Of a DNA stretch of 64,000 nucleotides, positions 1 to 15,749 are shown piece by piece. A program made the translations under genes and the position numbers. Where the stretch lies: the NCBI GenBank assembly GCA_951406725.2, contig OX597830.1:8122001-8186000 (forward strand), given 5' to 3'. Every line of letters begins with the position of its first letter. Position 1 is the stretch's first letter. This stretch comes from Octopus vulgaris. Taxonomy: Eukaryota. The notes under the pieces were generated by a model. That model saw only the letters and a list, made by a program, of their open reading frames with translations. It did no database searches and had not been told where the DNA came from.

Positions 1-1447
1 AGCAGTTCGGAAAAAGTAACCAATAGAAGAAGTACCGGGTTTTTAAAAAAGTACTGGGATTGATCCATTCGACTAAAAATCCTTCAAGGTGGTGCCCCAG
101 CATGGCCGCAGTCTAATAACTGAAACAAGTAAAAGACATTACTACCACCACCACCACTACTACTACTACTAATACTAATACTAATACTATTATATAAATA
201 ACTTCCGTGAAGTTTCTGACTTTTAAATGAAGTGAAATAGTTTCTGTCTGGAATCGAAACCGCGTCATAGATTTGGATCTGTGCTGTACTAACAACTACA
301 ATAATAACACTCATAGCTAATAGCAATTATTATTAATTAAGAATACACGAAACCCGAAGACATATGAAGGTTAAAGGTCTTTTGATCAACATACATACAC
401 GTGTAAACACACTCACACACAACCATACACATACACATACACACTCTCTTTCCACATGTCTTCATAGATACATTGACACTCAAGCACACATATACATACA
501 CACCACACACACGCACACAAACACATACACACACTTATACGCAAACACCAACAACCGACTCGAAAACACACGTTCCAACGCCTACAACGAATACTGAACA
601 CGTGACCCGGAAGTTAAGGGTCCTCTATTTTCGTTTCTTGGTCCTCCATTACCAACAACAAAAACCATGACGTCGATGAAGGCGACGATTCTTTAATTAT
701 ATAATAATTATTATCTCTTAATTAAATAATCATAATAATTATATAAAAAAAATATAACGAATGCAGCGAAAATGAAGCAAATATTTTATCTCAGAAAAAA
801 ATATATCAAAGAAGTCTTGACCATCGGAAAATAAAGATGAAGAATGAAATACAAGCGGAAGTAGCAACGCTGTCGCTAGAGGGCGGTAGCATGTCAGAGG
901 CAGCAAAAATACGTTTCTAGAACCTTCCACGTCCACTACTTTTGTATCCGTTTCCGGTTGCAACAAAACCATGGATACGCATACACATGCAAGCACGCAC
1001 ACTCACACACACACGCACGCACACACGTACTTATATTTACAGACACGCACATACATATACATAATGTTCATAATAATAATAGTAATTATAACGATGATGA
1101 TGATGATGATGATAGTAATAATAATAATAACAATAATATTAACAATAATAATAATAATTAGTAGTAGCAGCAGAAGCAGTAGTAGTAGTTGTTGTTGTTG
1201 TTGTTGTTGTTGTTGTAGTAGTTTTCTTTATCAGCCAGAAGAACAATATATATACACAAATATTGGCCACAATGACGAAATCTGAGATGTTTATGTATAA
1301 TGCACACGCTCAATATATACATATATATATACATATATATATACCGGAGTAAACACATAAATGTGAAACAAGGTGGAAAAAAGAGTACTCAAATACTAGG
1401 GGTAGAGTAATATGCTTTATTTTAAGCAGCAGAAAATTCAACAAAAT

Positions 1448-1485
1448 CTGTTACTCTGAGTTTCTCGTTGCCGTTCATCAGACAG
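1448..1485 (-). ncRNA. Minimal type-I hammerhead ribozyme motif in a short element within (TA)n
   Basis: Minus strand reads CUGU-CUGAUGA-ACG GCAA CGA-GAAAC UCAGA GUA-ACAG. Core boxes are intact, helix I is CUGU/ACAG, helix III is near-palindromic and helix II is weak. Confidence 0.6.
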
Positions 1486-1539
1486 TTTTTGCTAGATATA
1501 CATATATATATATATATATACGTATATATATATATATAC

Positions 1540-1606
<67 letters not shown>

Positions 1607-1985
1607 TTCACACATATGTGCATATGGTTTTGCATATAAGCAAAAATTCTGGTAATAAAATCTCTGAGAGATCAGTGCAGTAGTTGTATTGACAGGTAAT
1701 ATTCGTAGCCACTTTAACATGGCTGTCCGCTCGAGCGGACTCTACTGCGATTTTTTAACCCCAAGTGGACATCTCCTCTAGATGGTTAACGATGCACAGC
1801 TGCAGTCGATAAAATTGCGATCTGCTATCATCTCTAGCAGACGAGGTGTCCAGTATTGAGGAGTGGCAGAAATAGCCCGAAACCAGGACTCGTATACTGG
1901 TGGTAGGGGTTCGCTCCCCTGCTCATAATTTTATCGGTTGCAGCTTAGAACGACTTCAAAAATATTTAAAATCAGTGCGACCCAA

Positions 1986-2146
<161 letters not shown>

Positions 2147-2206
2147 TGCTAAATTTGTTGCTGATAATAAGCACATATTAGCATCACAATCTCTTTTTTC
2201 TGTTCT

Positions 2207-2263
<57 letters not shown>

Positions 2264-2289
2264 TAATAAATAAAACATATGCATATATA

Positions 2290-3559
2290 CGAGAGGCGTT
2301 CAATAAGTAATGCCCCTGACCCACTTCCCATAGCAGTAGAGCAACGAAACTTGGCACAGTTATTAGTCTTTTTCTACATAGGAACTACCCAGAGTTACGC
2401 ATTTCTCCCATCGTTTGATGCGGCTCTGGAGACCGTTTTTGTAGAAGAACCCAGCTTGGTCCTCCAACCTCAACGTGACTTCAGAAATCAAGGCTGCATC
2501 ATCTGGGAAACGCTTTCCTTTCAAAAACAACTTCATGATTGGGAAGAGGTGAAAATCAGAGGGTGCAAGGTCAGGAAAGTAGGGGGGATGGGGAGGAGTT
2601 CATAGCCATACGCCTGTGCTTCTGATCTGGCGACAAGCGAGTTGTGGACCGGAGCGTTGTCCTGCAGGAGGAGGATGCCTTTGCTGATCTTGCCCCGCCT
2701 CTTGATTTTGATAACTTCTCTTAATTTCCTCAAAAGTGAAGCATAATAGGCTCCTGCAATTGTGGTACCCTTTGCCAGGAAATCTGTCATCACTACTCCG
2801 TCCTGGTCCCAGAAGACTGTGAGCATGACCTTGCCAGCGGAAGGCTGCACCCTTGCCTCTTTGGAGGGGTGAGTCACGGTGCTTCCACTGCATTGACTGG
2901 GCTTTGGTCTCTGGATCATCGTGATGGACCCAGGTTTCATCCTGTGTAATCAGTCTTTTGAAAAATTTTGACTCATCTTCTTGGCACATCTCCAAATTCA
3001 CCCTCGAGCACTCGACGCGTTCTTGCTTCTGGAAAGGCATGAGCAACCTGGGAATCCATCTGGCAGACACCTATGCAAATGGTCATGAATGATAGTTTCC
3101 ACAGACCCGGTACTAATCTTGACCTCATGGGCTATTTGGCGAATAATTATGCGTCGATCTTCCAAAATGGCAGCCTCAACTTGACGGACAGATGCCTCAT
3201 CAATGGCAGAAGGGGGCGACCAGATCTGGGAGCTGTTTCCACAGAGTTCCGACTATGTTTGAATTCACGATGCCAGCATTTTACAAGGTCATATGATGGG
3301 GCATCATCATTTTCCATAAAAGTTACTTTCATTTCATCAAAAGTCTCCCGTGGTCTGCATCCTTTCAAATACAAAAACCGGATCACTGCTCGACACTCAA
3401 CAGGCTCCATTTCACACTTGACTCGGGTCAAACACCTGTAATTCAGAGCTGTAATTTGCCACTTACTCTATAGAGATATGAATGATTGCACATGCAAAAT
3501 TTCAGCTAGATCAAACAACTGCAAGTTGGTCAGAGGCATTACTTATTGAACGTCCCTCG
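2290..3559 (-). mobile_element. Full-length but frameshifted mariner transposon (D,D34D; irritans/Hsmar2-like ends)
   Basis: About 32-bp TIRs (CGAGAGGCGTTCAATAAGTAATGCC... and CGAGGGACGTTCAATAAGTAATGCC...) flanked by TA. The transposase is split over ORFs 3147-3431, 2600-3070 and 2533-2940, with WIPRLL, QDETW, QDNA and a PYFPDLAPSDF motif. Confidence 0.92.
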
Positions 3560-3871
3560 TATATACATATATGTACGTACCTACCTCTACATGTATATAT
3601 AACACAAGGAAAAAACCCTTCTTCAGTCGCCATGGTTTCATCTACTCTATGTTTTGGTGTCTGGGGAGAGTCATTTTCTTTTTGTGCCTTATAATGTAAC
3701 ACACTATAGAAAATAAAAATAAGAAATAAGTGGAAATTTTACCGGTGAGTGTGTTAAATAATAAGGCACTAAAAGAGAATGACTCTCCCCAGACACAACA
3801 GAATATGCTTCAATACACGAACTCATATAAAGAATCTCGCAAACCAAATCAAAAAACGAAATATGTATACA

Positions 3872-5575
3872 CTGTTTCTCCGAAAATAAAACCCGGTCTT
3901 ATATTTATTTTACATCCAAAACACGTACTAGGGCTTATTTTCGGGGGATGTCTTATATTTTTGCGGAAAAAATACAAGAAAGACAAAAAAGTCTCATGTC
4001 CTCGTGTAAAAGGAAGAAAATTGTAAAAAGGAAGCCCGTGTTTTTCGTTATCATAAGTTTATTTGCTTCTTGTTATTAGTCAAGTACAAACATTTCATCC
4101 TCTTCTGGAGCATAGTCATAAATAAACTGAATTTCATACAAATCCATTTCCTGTAGAATCATGAACCTCAGTATCTCATGTTTGGCAATATCACTCTCCT
4201 TAAATGAACACTTTTTGTCCAAGCACCCTGCATGTAGTGCATCGGCAATGCAACTGTCGGTACTTTTATTCCATGAATTCTTCACCCAATTCACTTCTTG
4301 GAGGCTGGATTTGACAAAATTTCTTTGCAGATTTCATTCCATTCGATGTTCGATATATTCATTCACTTCCATCCGCAAATAATACTTGAAGGGCTCGTTC
4401 ATTACAAGATCTAAAGTTTGTAAATATCAAGTCATTCCTACGGGAATCAGAAAGGAAAGTTTTCATATCTTTTGCGCGATGAATACTGACCGAATCCCAG
4501 ACTAAAAGACCTCTTTGAGAACCACGTAAAACAAGTAGCATAGTTAAGTCAACCCATTTCCTCATAACAGCTTGTGTACACCAAGCCTTTTCCGTTTCAA
4601 GGACATAAATACCCAAACTCGTTCTATTTTCTCATTTTTGCCCTTTGTGATGATAAGCGGTGGGACTTTTATTCCATCAAGACGAATTGCTAAAATACAA
4701 GTAACTCTTGAACTTACGTAACCCGCTGAAGCAACGTAGATTGACGAGGCACCTGTCTGTTCAATTGTCGTTTTGGATTCTTGGCCCATAAATACTGAAG
4801 TCTCATCCATAGCAATTATATGGGGAGAGATTGTATTTAGAAAAGTCGATGCCATCAACGAAGGACTTGAATGCAAGAGCACGTTGAATCGCTTCAGCAT
4901 CCTCAAGCTTGAACAGTCTTGTCGATCTTCTTAGAGAGAGCTCACATAGCCGAAAGAAGTTGTCCAACCAATGAGGTGATGCTTTGAATATTTCCGAGGG
5001 TATATCCATCTGTGGTGTCATTGCAAGGGCAAATTCTTGAATATCAACCCTGCAAACAACCAAAGCCTTTGTTCTTCTGTTAGCAATCGGTTCTTCTGTT
5101 AGCAACCCATCCTAAGGTGATCTCTTCCAGCTCCGAAAATAACGGTTGTCGACCTGATCCACGCCTGCGTTCCTTAGCAACTCCCTCATCCACCTGTCTG
5201 CTGAGATTATCATACTCTGCTCGCCATTATCGAACCATTCAGAGATCCAACATCTTCTCATTACAGAAAGCTGAAAGATTCTTCTTATGTGACTCTTCTA
5301 CAATTTATTTCTTGTACTCCACGGAATAACTCTTTCTTTTTGCACTCATCCTTCCTGGGGGGCAAGGGAGTCAAGCCAAGGGAGTCAGCTCCGAGCATGC
5401 GTACTTAGTGCAGACTTTAGCCAAGCTAAGGTAGTTGGTTTATTTTGATCTTGCTAACAATCTGATGCATTTTGACTAGGTCTTATTTTCGGGACTGGGC
5501 TTATATTAAAGACATCCTGAAAAATCATGGTAGGGCTTATTTTCGGAGTAGGCTTTATTTTCGAGAAAACACGGT
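3872..5575 (-). mobile_element. Degenerate pogo/Tc2-type DNA transposon (CENP-B-type HTH plus DDE_1 transposase pseudogene)
   Basis: Fragmented ORFs contain FKASPHWLDNFFR..LSLRRST, IAMDET and VWDSVSIHR. Imperfect TIRs (C.GT.TT..CGAAAATAA) and repeated subterminal CTTATTTTCGG motifs are present. Confidence 0.8.
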
Positions 5576-5578
5576 GTG

Positions 5579-5619
<41 letters not shown>

Positions 5620-5639
5620 TTATCGTTGTTGTTGATCAA

Positions 5640-6003
5640 GCGTGACTGTGTGGTAAGAAGCTTGCATACCAACCACATGATTCCAGGTTCAGTCCCACTG
5701 CCGTGGAACCTTGGACAAATGTCTTCTACTATATATATGTGTGTATGGCTGTGTGTGTGTGTGTATTTGTATGTGTGTGTCTGTGTTTGTACCCTCACCA
5801 CCACCACCACCACCACCATCGCTTGACAACCGAAGCCGGTATGTTTATATCCCCGTCACTTAGCAGTTCGGCAAAATTGTCCGACAGAATAAGTCCTAAG
5901 CTTACAAATAATAAATCTTGGGGTCGATTGCTTCGACTAACACCCTTTAAGGTGGTGCTCCTGTATGGCCGCAATCAAATAACTGAAACAAGTAAAAGAA
6001 TAA
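5640..6003 (+). mobile_element. tRNA-derived SINE, family A (CORE-like centre)
   Basis: A/B-box-like head TGTGTGGTAAG...GGTTCAGTCCC and tail ...CTGAAACAAGTAAAAG. Many related copies occur in the window. Confidence 0.75.
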
Positions 6004-6017
6004 AATATATATATGTT

Positions 6018-6143
<126 letters not shown>

Positions 6144-6175
6144 TATTCAGAGAGCGAGAGAAAGAAAGAGAAAGA

Positions 6176-6460
6176 TCGGATCTTTTCCTTTTGATGGACG
6201 GAATTTCTAGTTAACTAAACAATTTGAAACTTCGTATACTGGTAGAATGTGTCAAAAGAAAACATTATTGTAAACAAAATTGAAAACAAAATGCTGGCAT
6301 TTCATTGGTTAAAATTCGAAAAATTAAACTACGTTAAACTTACAAATTACAATTTTGTTTTCAATTTTGTTTACAATAATGTTTTCTTTTGACACATTCT
6401 ACCAGTATACGAAGTTTCAAATTGTTTAGAAAATTCCGTCCATCAAAAGGAGAAAATCCG
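6176..6460. mobile_element. MITE-like foldback element with about 115-bp inverted arms
   Basis: About 6176-6291 is the reverse complement of about 6352-6460, with no coding capacity. Confidence 0.7.
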
Positions 6461-6855
6461 AAAGATCAAATGGAAACCTTGAATATATTGGTCCCTGCCC
6501 TACGAGCAACCAGTTCTCGTCCCCTTTCTCAGAGGCCCAATTTTTATAATGCAGCATGTACGGCGGCACTGCGCAGTTTTTTCAATAAAATGCTCAATTT
6601 TGAAACATTTTGGAAACATAGGCTTGGGTCTGTGAGTTGAAAATTTTCTACGAACGTTAGAGTCGTGTGTGTGTGTGTGTGCGCGCGCAAAAGTTTATAT
6701 ACGTATATTATATGTATGTGTGTGTGCGTATGTGTTTATACACACACACACACACACACACATATATATTTATATGCACATTCCATTTTTCCTGACCATC
6801 AAATCTGATACAACCTGCTTTCTACCTCGTCCTAGTTTTTTTTTCCTTTGGTGCC

Positions 6856-6919
<64 letters not shown>

Positions 6920-7321
6920 TATATGTGTGTGTGTGTGTATGTTATATATGTGTGTGTGTGTGTGTATGTATGTTATAAATATGTGTGTATGTATGTATGT
7001 GTATTTATGCATGTTTGCATATATGTAACCCCTCCACCCGCATGATGTGTGTGTGTGTATAAGTAAGATAGGTGTGTAAGTAAATACGCGATAGCAAAGA
7101 AGAAAAGATATGATGTGTACTTAGATAAGACAATTAACTCACAAACACACACGGACGCGCATGCGTATGAAGGACAATAAATAAAGCAACAGATAAAGTC
7201 AACGTAAGAATTTTTATTCAAATACACACATCCGGTTGTGTTCATATCTTCACCAGAACAGGAAACCATTTCGTTTTTTAGCACTTTAAAATAACAGAAG
7301 AAAATAATAATAATAATGATG

Positions 7322-7385
<64 letters not shown>

Positions 7386-7868
7386 TAATAATAATAACAA
7401 TAATAATAATAATAAGGATAATAATAATAATAATAATGATAATAAGGATAATAAAAATAATAAGAAGGATAATAATAATAATAATTACAGGAACCTCATT
7501 GTGTCTGTAGGGTTTATATAAACAGATCAGCGACAGGAAATGGAATTCACGAGATTCTTTATTCAAATCCACTACAATTGTTTCTACTTTAAACAAGCAC
7601 CTCACTATATCTGCTCGTGCTACCAGATTTACTTCGGATATAACGAGGTACTTTATTTAGAAACTCACCTAAGGAGGCGCATTCTATACCTGTGATGCAA
7701 GACAATTGACTGCACACCATCTCACCTATGAGCTACAGGTGCGAGATAGAGTCGAAACAATTGTAGGGGATTTGAATAAAGAATCTCGTGAATTTTATTT
7801 TTTGTCACTGATACATACATACATACACACATACATACACACATCGACAGGCAGGCAGACAGGCAGAC

Positions 7869-9412
<1,544 letters not shown>

Positions 9413-10230
9413 CTTTTCAATAGTCAAGACTATTAAAAAGTTTGCAAGACGCAACGAAAATTTTAGGAAAATAAAAATAAGAAATAAGTGGAAATTTTAC
9501 CGGTGAGTGTGTTACATTATAAGGCACAAAAAGAAAATGACTCTCCCCAAACAAAACAGAATATACAAATATATATATACATAAGTGTGTATGTGTATGT
9601 GTGTATAATATCTGAGTAATAACCTTATAACAGGCATTTCAAAGCTCCTATACTGTTATCGGCTACCATGTGCCATCATACAGCAGGGTCATTCTTTTTA
9701 CAGGATATACATGGGGAACTCTGTTAGAGTATGCAAAATTTATATGAAAATTTATAAGCCAAGACGGAATGAATAGGATTTGATTGCACACAACAATTGT
9801 TTCTGCGGTGGTAACAGCTGTTAGTAGCTGAGTTTCCATTATCATAATAGTACATAAATTATTTTATAAATAATTTCTTAAATAAATATGATCCACCATC
9901 AGCTATGTACCGATGTAAAGATTTCAATTTACCCCCACCCCATTTCAAGCTATCTCCACATATCTGAAATCGATTTCAGATTACCGGGGAGGTAACCTGA
10001 TTTCAGATTACTCCCGCGCTGTTCACATTCCACCTTCGATGATTTTTCTAAAATAATAAATTCTAAGACCTCCTGATATTTTTATAACATTAAACACAGA
10101 TTATATTCATGATTGTAAACTAATTTTAAAATATGAAAATAAGACAAAAATGTTAAATTTTTTTAAACACTTTTATGATGGTAACGAAATGTATTTATAT
10201 ACATTAAAACATCCCAGCAATTTTTTTTTC

Positions 10231-11091
10231 TTAGATTTTCTTGATTTTCGTAATTTGTTTTTCGTTTTTTACTTGCTCAATATATCGAGTGAGGTTGATA
10301 GCATTTACTTTCTTTTCTAGTATTTTATTGTTATCTGAAAGTCGAGAGGTATTTTTGCCACAAACTTCTGCAACAGTGTAAGGACCTGTGCGGCGTTCCG
10401 TAAAATGTCCCCCCTTTCTGTCCTCTCGAACAACCTGTTCCTGTTTTCTATCGTATTCTCCTTTTTGAACGGATTCAGCTATTCTAATATTGGAGGCAAC
10501 TCGAGAAATCATACTGTCCCAAATAGCTGCCATAACATCATTTTTTCTAGATATAGATCGATCATTTCCAAAACTGTCCCGATCTTTGGCAGTTGGGTTG
10601 TGCTGTAGTTCTATAAAATTTGAAATGGGTAAAATGTGTTGAAGAATGTTTGGCTGTTCGATATGTAAGCAGAGCTGCAGGTAAGCATTCAACCCAGTTG
10701 TCACGGTCCTCGAGGGATTTGAGACAAGCATCTTTTACAGTGCGATTCTGTCGCTCGACGAGGCCATTTGCTTGAGGGTGATAAGCACCTGTTATGTGCT
10801 GCTGCGTTCCTGTCAGTTTGTGTAGTTCTGCAGACACTCTGTTTACGAATTCCCTTCCTTGGTCATTTATCTGAATTTTAATACAGCCATGCCGAGACAA
10901 ATAACATCCTCGACGAGAAAGATTCCCACACTTTCCGCTATGTGGTCTTTGGAAGGTCGAGACTCAGGCCATCTGGGAAAGGAATCCAGTGCAACAATAA
11001 TCATCATCTGTTTTCGACAAATTAGTGACATCGACACCAGTTTGGGCCATCGCTTCTTTTGGCCCATGAACAGGATGAAGCTCCCCAACAT
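10231..11091 (-). mobile_element. Decayed Gypsy/Ginger-type DDE integrase
   Basis: INDQGREFVN...GAYHPQANGLVERQNRTVK integrase core (ORF 10562-10900) and a downstream GPY motif (RTGPYTV in ORF 10231-10731), frameshifted. Confidence 0.8.
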
Positions 11092-11769
11092 TCATTTTAT
11101 GCCTAGAGTAGAAAAGAATGATCAACTCTGCTATCGCCACAGAGCAGAGAGAGAGACTCTCTCTCTCTCTCTCTCTCTCTCTGCTCTGTGGCGACAGCAG
11201 AGTTGATCATACACAAGAGTTGATCATCCACTCACAAGGCTTTGGTCGGCCCAAGGTTATAGTAGAAGGCACTTGTGCAAGGTGCCACGAAGTAGGACTG
11301 AACCCTGAACCATGTGGTTGGGAAGCAAGCTTCTTACCACACTGCCACACCTGCAACTCATTCGTTTCATTCTCAAAGAACCTGTTTAATTCCTGTCAGG
11401 ATTTTGATTTTTGTGATGGAAAAAACGGGATTTCAGGGTCCTTTGTAGTTGTCTGTTGATACTAAGTGATAGCAACAACCAGTGAGTCGCGTAGAACGAG
11501 AGGAGCGCCTTCTATACAAAACCAATCGAATCACAATCCTCTTAGAATGGTTGTTCAGTTCCAGATATTAGTTTCAAATTCTGGCACGAGGCTAAGGGAA
11601 AAGGAAGAATCTGGTTACATCGACCCCAGTACTCGACTGGTACTTATTTTATCGACCTCCAAAGCACGAAAGGCAGAGTCGACTTCGCCAACATTTGAAC
11701 TCAGAACATAAAGACAGACGATGCATTTTTCCCTCCGTGTTAGAAATTCCGCTGGCTCGCTACCTTAGA

Positions 11770-12190
11770 TACGAAAATATTGATAAATTTTACCTTTGAT
11801 ATTTTCAGTATCAGACCCCATTCTTTCTGTTGCATGTTGAAGGACCAAATTGTTTCAAATAGAAGCTGAACAACCTGTTCCAATTAATGATCTCTTTTGA
11901 AACATATTCTTCAAATTTCCAAACACGTTATTAATGTCTTCATTACCGCCGAGTCTTGCAAACATTTGTGTTGCAGTTGTCACCTGTGAATTCAACACAA
12001 TTCTCAGAAAGACCACTTTTCTCCAGAGATTCCTTGACATAATTAGCGATTGTATCCAAAGACTCATTAGCCGTGTTCTTTAACTCAATCAGTTTTCGCG
12101 TAAACCACCATTATTCTTCCAGTCACAACACAGAATAATTGCAGAAAATTGTGATAGCTTCCAGCTATATCAGGTTATACGTTAACAATA
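11770..12190 (-). pseudogene. Degenerate hAT-like transposase fragment
   Basis: Minus-strand frames give FTGDNCNTN, NNVFGNLK and LIGTGCSASI, resembling the GDNxNxN...GCxAH region of hAT-superfamily transposases. Confidence 0.5.
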
Positions 12191-12543
12191 TTGTCTTCGT
12201 GTGGTTAAGAAGGGCGATTTACAAATACATGGTTTTGGGTTCAATTCTACTGTGCGGCATCTCAGGCAATTGTCTTCCAATATATATATACGCGTCGACC
12301 AATGCCTCGTAAGTAAATTCGGTAGACGGAAACAGTCCGTCGTTTGTGTGCGTGTTCTTTTATTTGTTTCAAACATTTGGGTGCGGCCATGCTGGAGCAT
12401 CGCCTATAGTCGAACAAATGGATCCCAGAACTTATTCTACCGAACTCTTTGGCGAACCTCTAAGTTACGGGGACGTAAACACACTAACACCAGTGGTTAA
12501 GCGATGGGAGGAACAAAGACAGACACACAAATACATACATACA

Positions 12544-12602
<59 letters not shown>

Positions 12603-12789
12603 TAAGCAATTAAGGGTTTAGCAACGAATTGCCTTACCGCACACCGAATTTAGAAATAGCAGTCAAAGAGATTATAGCTATTTCTTCTACTAAAAGGGAG
12701 ATCACAGTAAAGACACAGCATTTGAAAGGCAAACACAAACAGGTAAGAGAGAATGAATTAACGGCAATCTATCATACAGTTTTAAGTCA

Positions 12790-12881
12790 CCTACGGACGT
12801 ACGTTTCGAGATCAAGTCTTAGGAAATCATAAGAATTAGATAATTCTACCTTACCCAGACTTCTTCTCTCATCAGCGCAGG
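12790..12881 (-). ncRNA. Type-I hammerhead ribozyme motif (mirror copy in the other arm)
   Basis: Exact reverse complement of 12977-13068. Confidence 0.8.
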
Positions 12882-12976
12882 ATACAAACAATCATGAATG
12901 ATTGTATATTGAATTTTGAGATACTAGAAGGCACCAACTCAAAATTCAATATACAATCATTCATGATTGTTTGTAT

Positions 12977-13068
12977 CCTGCGCTGATGAGAGAAGAAGTC
13001 TGGGTAAGGTAGAATTATCTAATTCTTATGATTTCCTAAGACTTGATCTCGAAACGTACGTCCGTAGG
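12977..13068 (+). ncRNA. Type-I hammerhead ribozyme motif (intact core)
   Basis: CCUGCG-CUGAUGA-GAGA...UCUC-GAAAC GUAC GUC-CGUAGG: 6-bp helix I, long helix II, palindromic GUAC helix III, predicted cleavage after C13062. Confidence 0.8.
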
Positions 13069-13923
13069 TGACTTAAAACTGTATGATAGATTGCCGTTAA
13101 TTCATTACCACACAGTTACTTCTGCGCCTAAATATGTGTGTGTGTGTGTGTGTGTGTGTCTTTTTGCTTGTCACCCCACCCCACCAGCATCACTTGGCAA
13201 CCGGTGTAGGTTTCTTACGTCCCCGTAACTTAGCGATTCGACACAAAAGACCGATACATAAGTCGCAGGTTTCAAAAGAAAACAAGTACCGGGGTTAATT
13301 TTTTCGATTAAAACCCTTCAATGTGTTGCTCCAGTGTGGCCGCAGACCAATGACTGAAACAAGAAAAAGATTATAGATTAAAGATTAAAGACAAAAGATT
13401 ATGCTGTTGCTGATCTGGCGGTGATCGTTAACGGTTACAACAGAATCCTCTCTGGGTTAGATTTTGAAAATATGAAACCAAACGTTTTTTTTTTTTTGTT
13501 TTTTTCTGAAAAACTGAAACAAGAGCGTTTAATGTCCCAGGAAGAATCTAAACAAAAGCGTCGCTTATTTCTGTACGAAGTGTGGCACTGACAAATGAAG
13601 AGGCTATCAAATATTTTATTCAAACGGTCACAAATGTTATTGAAGCTCCATCACACTATTTTAATTTCCGTATTTTATGTGTATTCTTTCTAAAACTGGG
13701 ACAAACACGTCTTGACACTTTGGGCACCAACCTAGCCAAGACCGTCCTTGGTTCTAATGACACCAACTTACTTTTTGAAAGAGATTTAAATTAAAATTTT
13801 CCATCAGAACTTAATGTTAATTCATTTCCAAACACCAACTTAATAATGACAAAGTTATTTTACAAATTACGGAGATGTACTTGCATAGCAAGTGACCTGA
13901 TCTGAGAACGTGTGCTGGAACGA

Positions 13924-14066
13924 AAACAATTGCAGCGTGGAAGGTGTTTGTAAGCCATTTAAAAAGCACACAAAAACCGTTAGATTCACTTCAACTTGAA
14001 GTGAATCTAACGGTTTTTGTGTGTTTCTTAAATGGCTTATAAACACCTTCCACACTGCAATTGTTT
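13924..14066. repeat. Near-perfect palindrome with about 71-bp arms and a 1-nt loop
   Basis: AAACAATTGCAG...GATTCACTTCAA C TTGAAGTGAATC...CTGCAATTGTTT with a few mismatches. Confidence 0.85.
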
Positions 14067-15749
14067 ATTTTGCAAGGTTCTCCATTATTGTTTTTAATCA
14101 ATTAAAATTTTCTTCATGCGAGATGTATTTTGGAAATTATAATTTTTTCGAAAATTCTCAAATGGGGATCGCTGCAAAAAACATATTTATCCTTTTCTGT
14201 TCCATTACAATAATAAACATTTTAGTTTTTTTGAAACTATCAAATTCGAATGTGTATGAAATATCAATGAATGATATAGAAGGGAAATGCCAAAAAGAAA
14301 ACCGAAAACCGTTTCAAAACAGTCAATATTTTTGTAGTTCAGAATATGACATAAAATGTCTTCTAAAATTAGCCAAGGATAATAATGACAAACTTTAATT
14401 ACCAAATATTGTTAAACACACCTCAGCAAATGCAATCTGCATAAGCAATTCACTTTAAATATATCGAACAACCAACATTGAGACTGTTTTTAGCAGATCC
14501 CCAAATGGGGCTCATAGCAGGCAATGGGTTAATAATGACTAAGTTATTTTTTTGATTCATCATTATTTTCATAATTAATCAAAACGAATGCAGGGGATTT
14601 CAAAGGAAATATAACGGAAGGGTTAAAGTAATCTGCATAAAAAAATTTTGAAGAAAATTTCGTGTTAATTTATGAGCAAAACATCGCATTATAAGGACCG
14701 AGTTATTTTACCAAATTCTTTATTATTTTGAAAACTAATGAAACAAAGCAGAGTGTTTTAACAGAAATATGGTAACAAAATAGTTACTGGGGAATAAACT
14801 GAAAGTATAGACCGGTTCCAAAGGATCACACACTGGTCCTTTGACACCTTTAACAGAGCTCATTCTGTAGCAAATGGACCAGGTCCCTAGTTTAAGAATA
14901 CTTTCCTCCTTCCCATTAACCAGTCTTGAAGGCTCTATAAAGGGTCATAGGCACAGCCTCCCTTCCGGACTAAAAGATGATAAAAGGATGACTACTAGAA
15001 CGAACTTTTTCGGTTCCTATCCTATAGACACAACAGACTTTTCTCCAGAGCTTAGGTCTGGAAATTCCAGGCGATAAAAATGCAAATAATCAAGTCTATA
15101 TGACATGGTTTATTTCGAAAAATTGTATCAAAAACGTTTTTAAAGGTAAAACTGTTCTTAAAAACCATTTAAAAGAAGGGCTGGGGAAGAGGCAAGATTT
15201 TTTAAAAGCCTACAGGATATATCTAAACTTGATGGTCTGCACAGAAGGTGAGGGGCGGGGAGACATTTTAAGTAATTAGCAATTAAAAATGATAGCCAAA
15301 ACATTCAACGTCATTGATAATAATGATTATCATGGCGATGGCGGCGGAGATGATGATGATGATGATGATGGTGGTGGTGACGACGAGGAGGTGGAGGAGG
15401 AGGGTAGACGATAACGACGACCATGATGACGTGGTGGTGGTGCTAGTGATGATGATGATCATGAAGATAATCATGATTTTGGTGGTTGTGGTGATGATGA
15501 TGATTATGATGGTGATGGTAATGATGATGATGATGATATTTACCAATTCCACGATATGCTGTCTCATTTTCTTCGAGATTTTCCTAAAAGCACCTTTAAT
15601 ACTACAACATTTCTTTAAGCCCTCCCTTACTGCCTCACTCTCAGAGAAAGGAATATGTGTGTGTGTGTACGTACGTATATGTGTCTGTATGTACATAACT
15701 ATGGGTGTATATGTGTGTATATATACATATATCTATATACATGTATGAA

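Larger units (their letters stand above)
12752..13106. repeat. Perfect foldback (two 169-bp arms, 17-nt loop), probably a Penelope-like-element terminal repeat
   Basis: 12752-12920 is the exact reverse complement of 12938-13106 by eye. Each arm carries a hammerhead motif. Confidence 0.9.

Noticed and set aside
14880-15280. Possible decayed retroelement coding sequence (also about 31330-31750 and 38170-38770)
   Set aside because: No diagnostic motif was recovered in any frame. A translated search would be needed.
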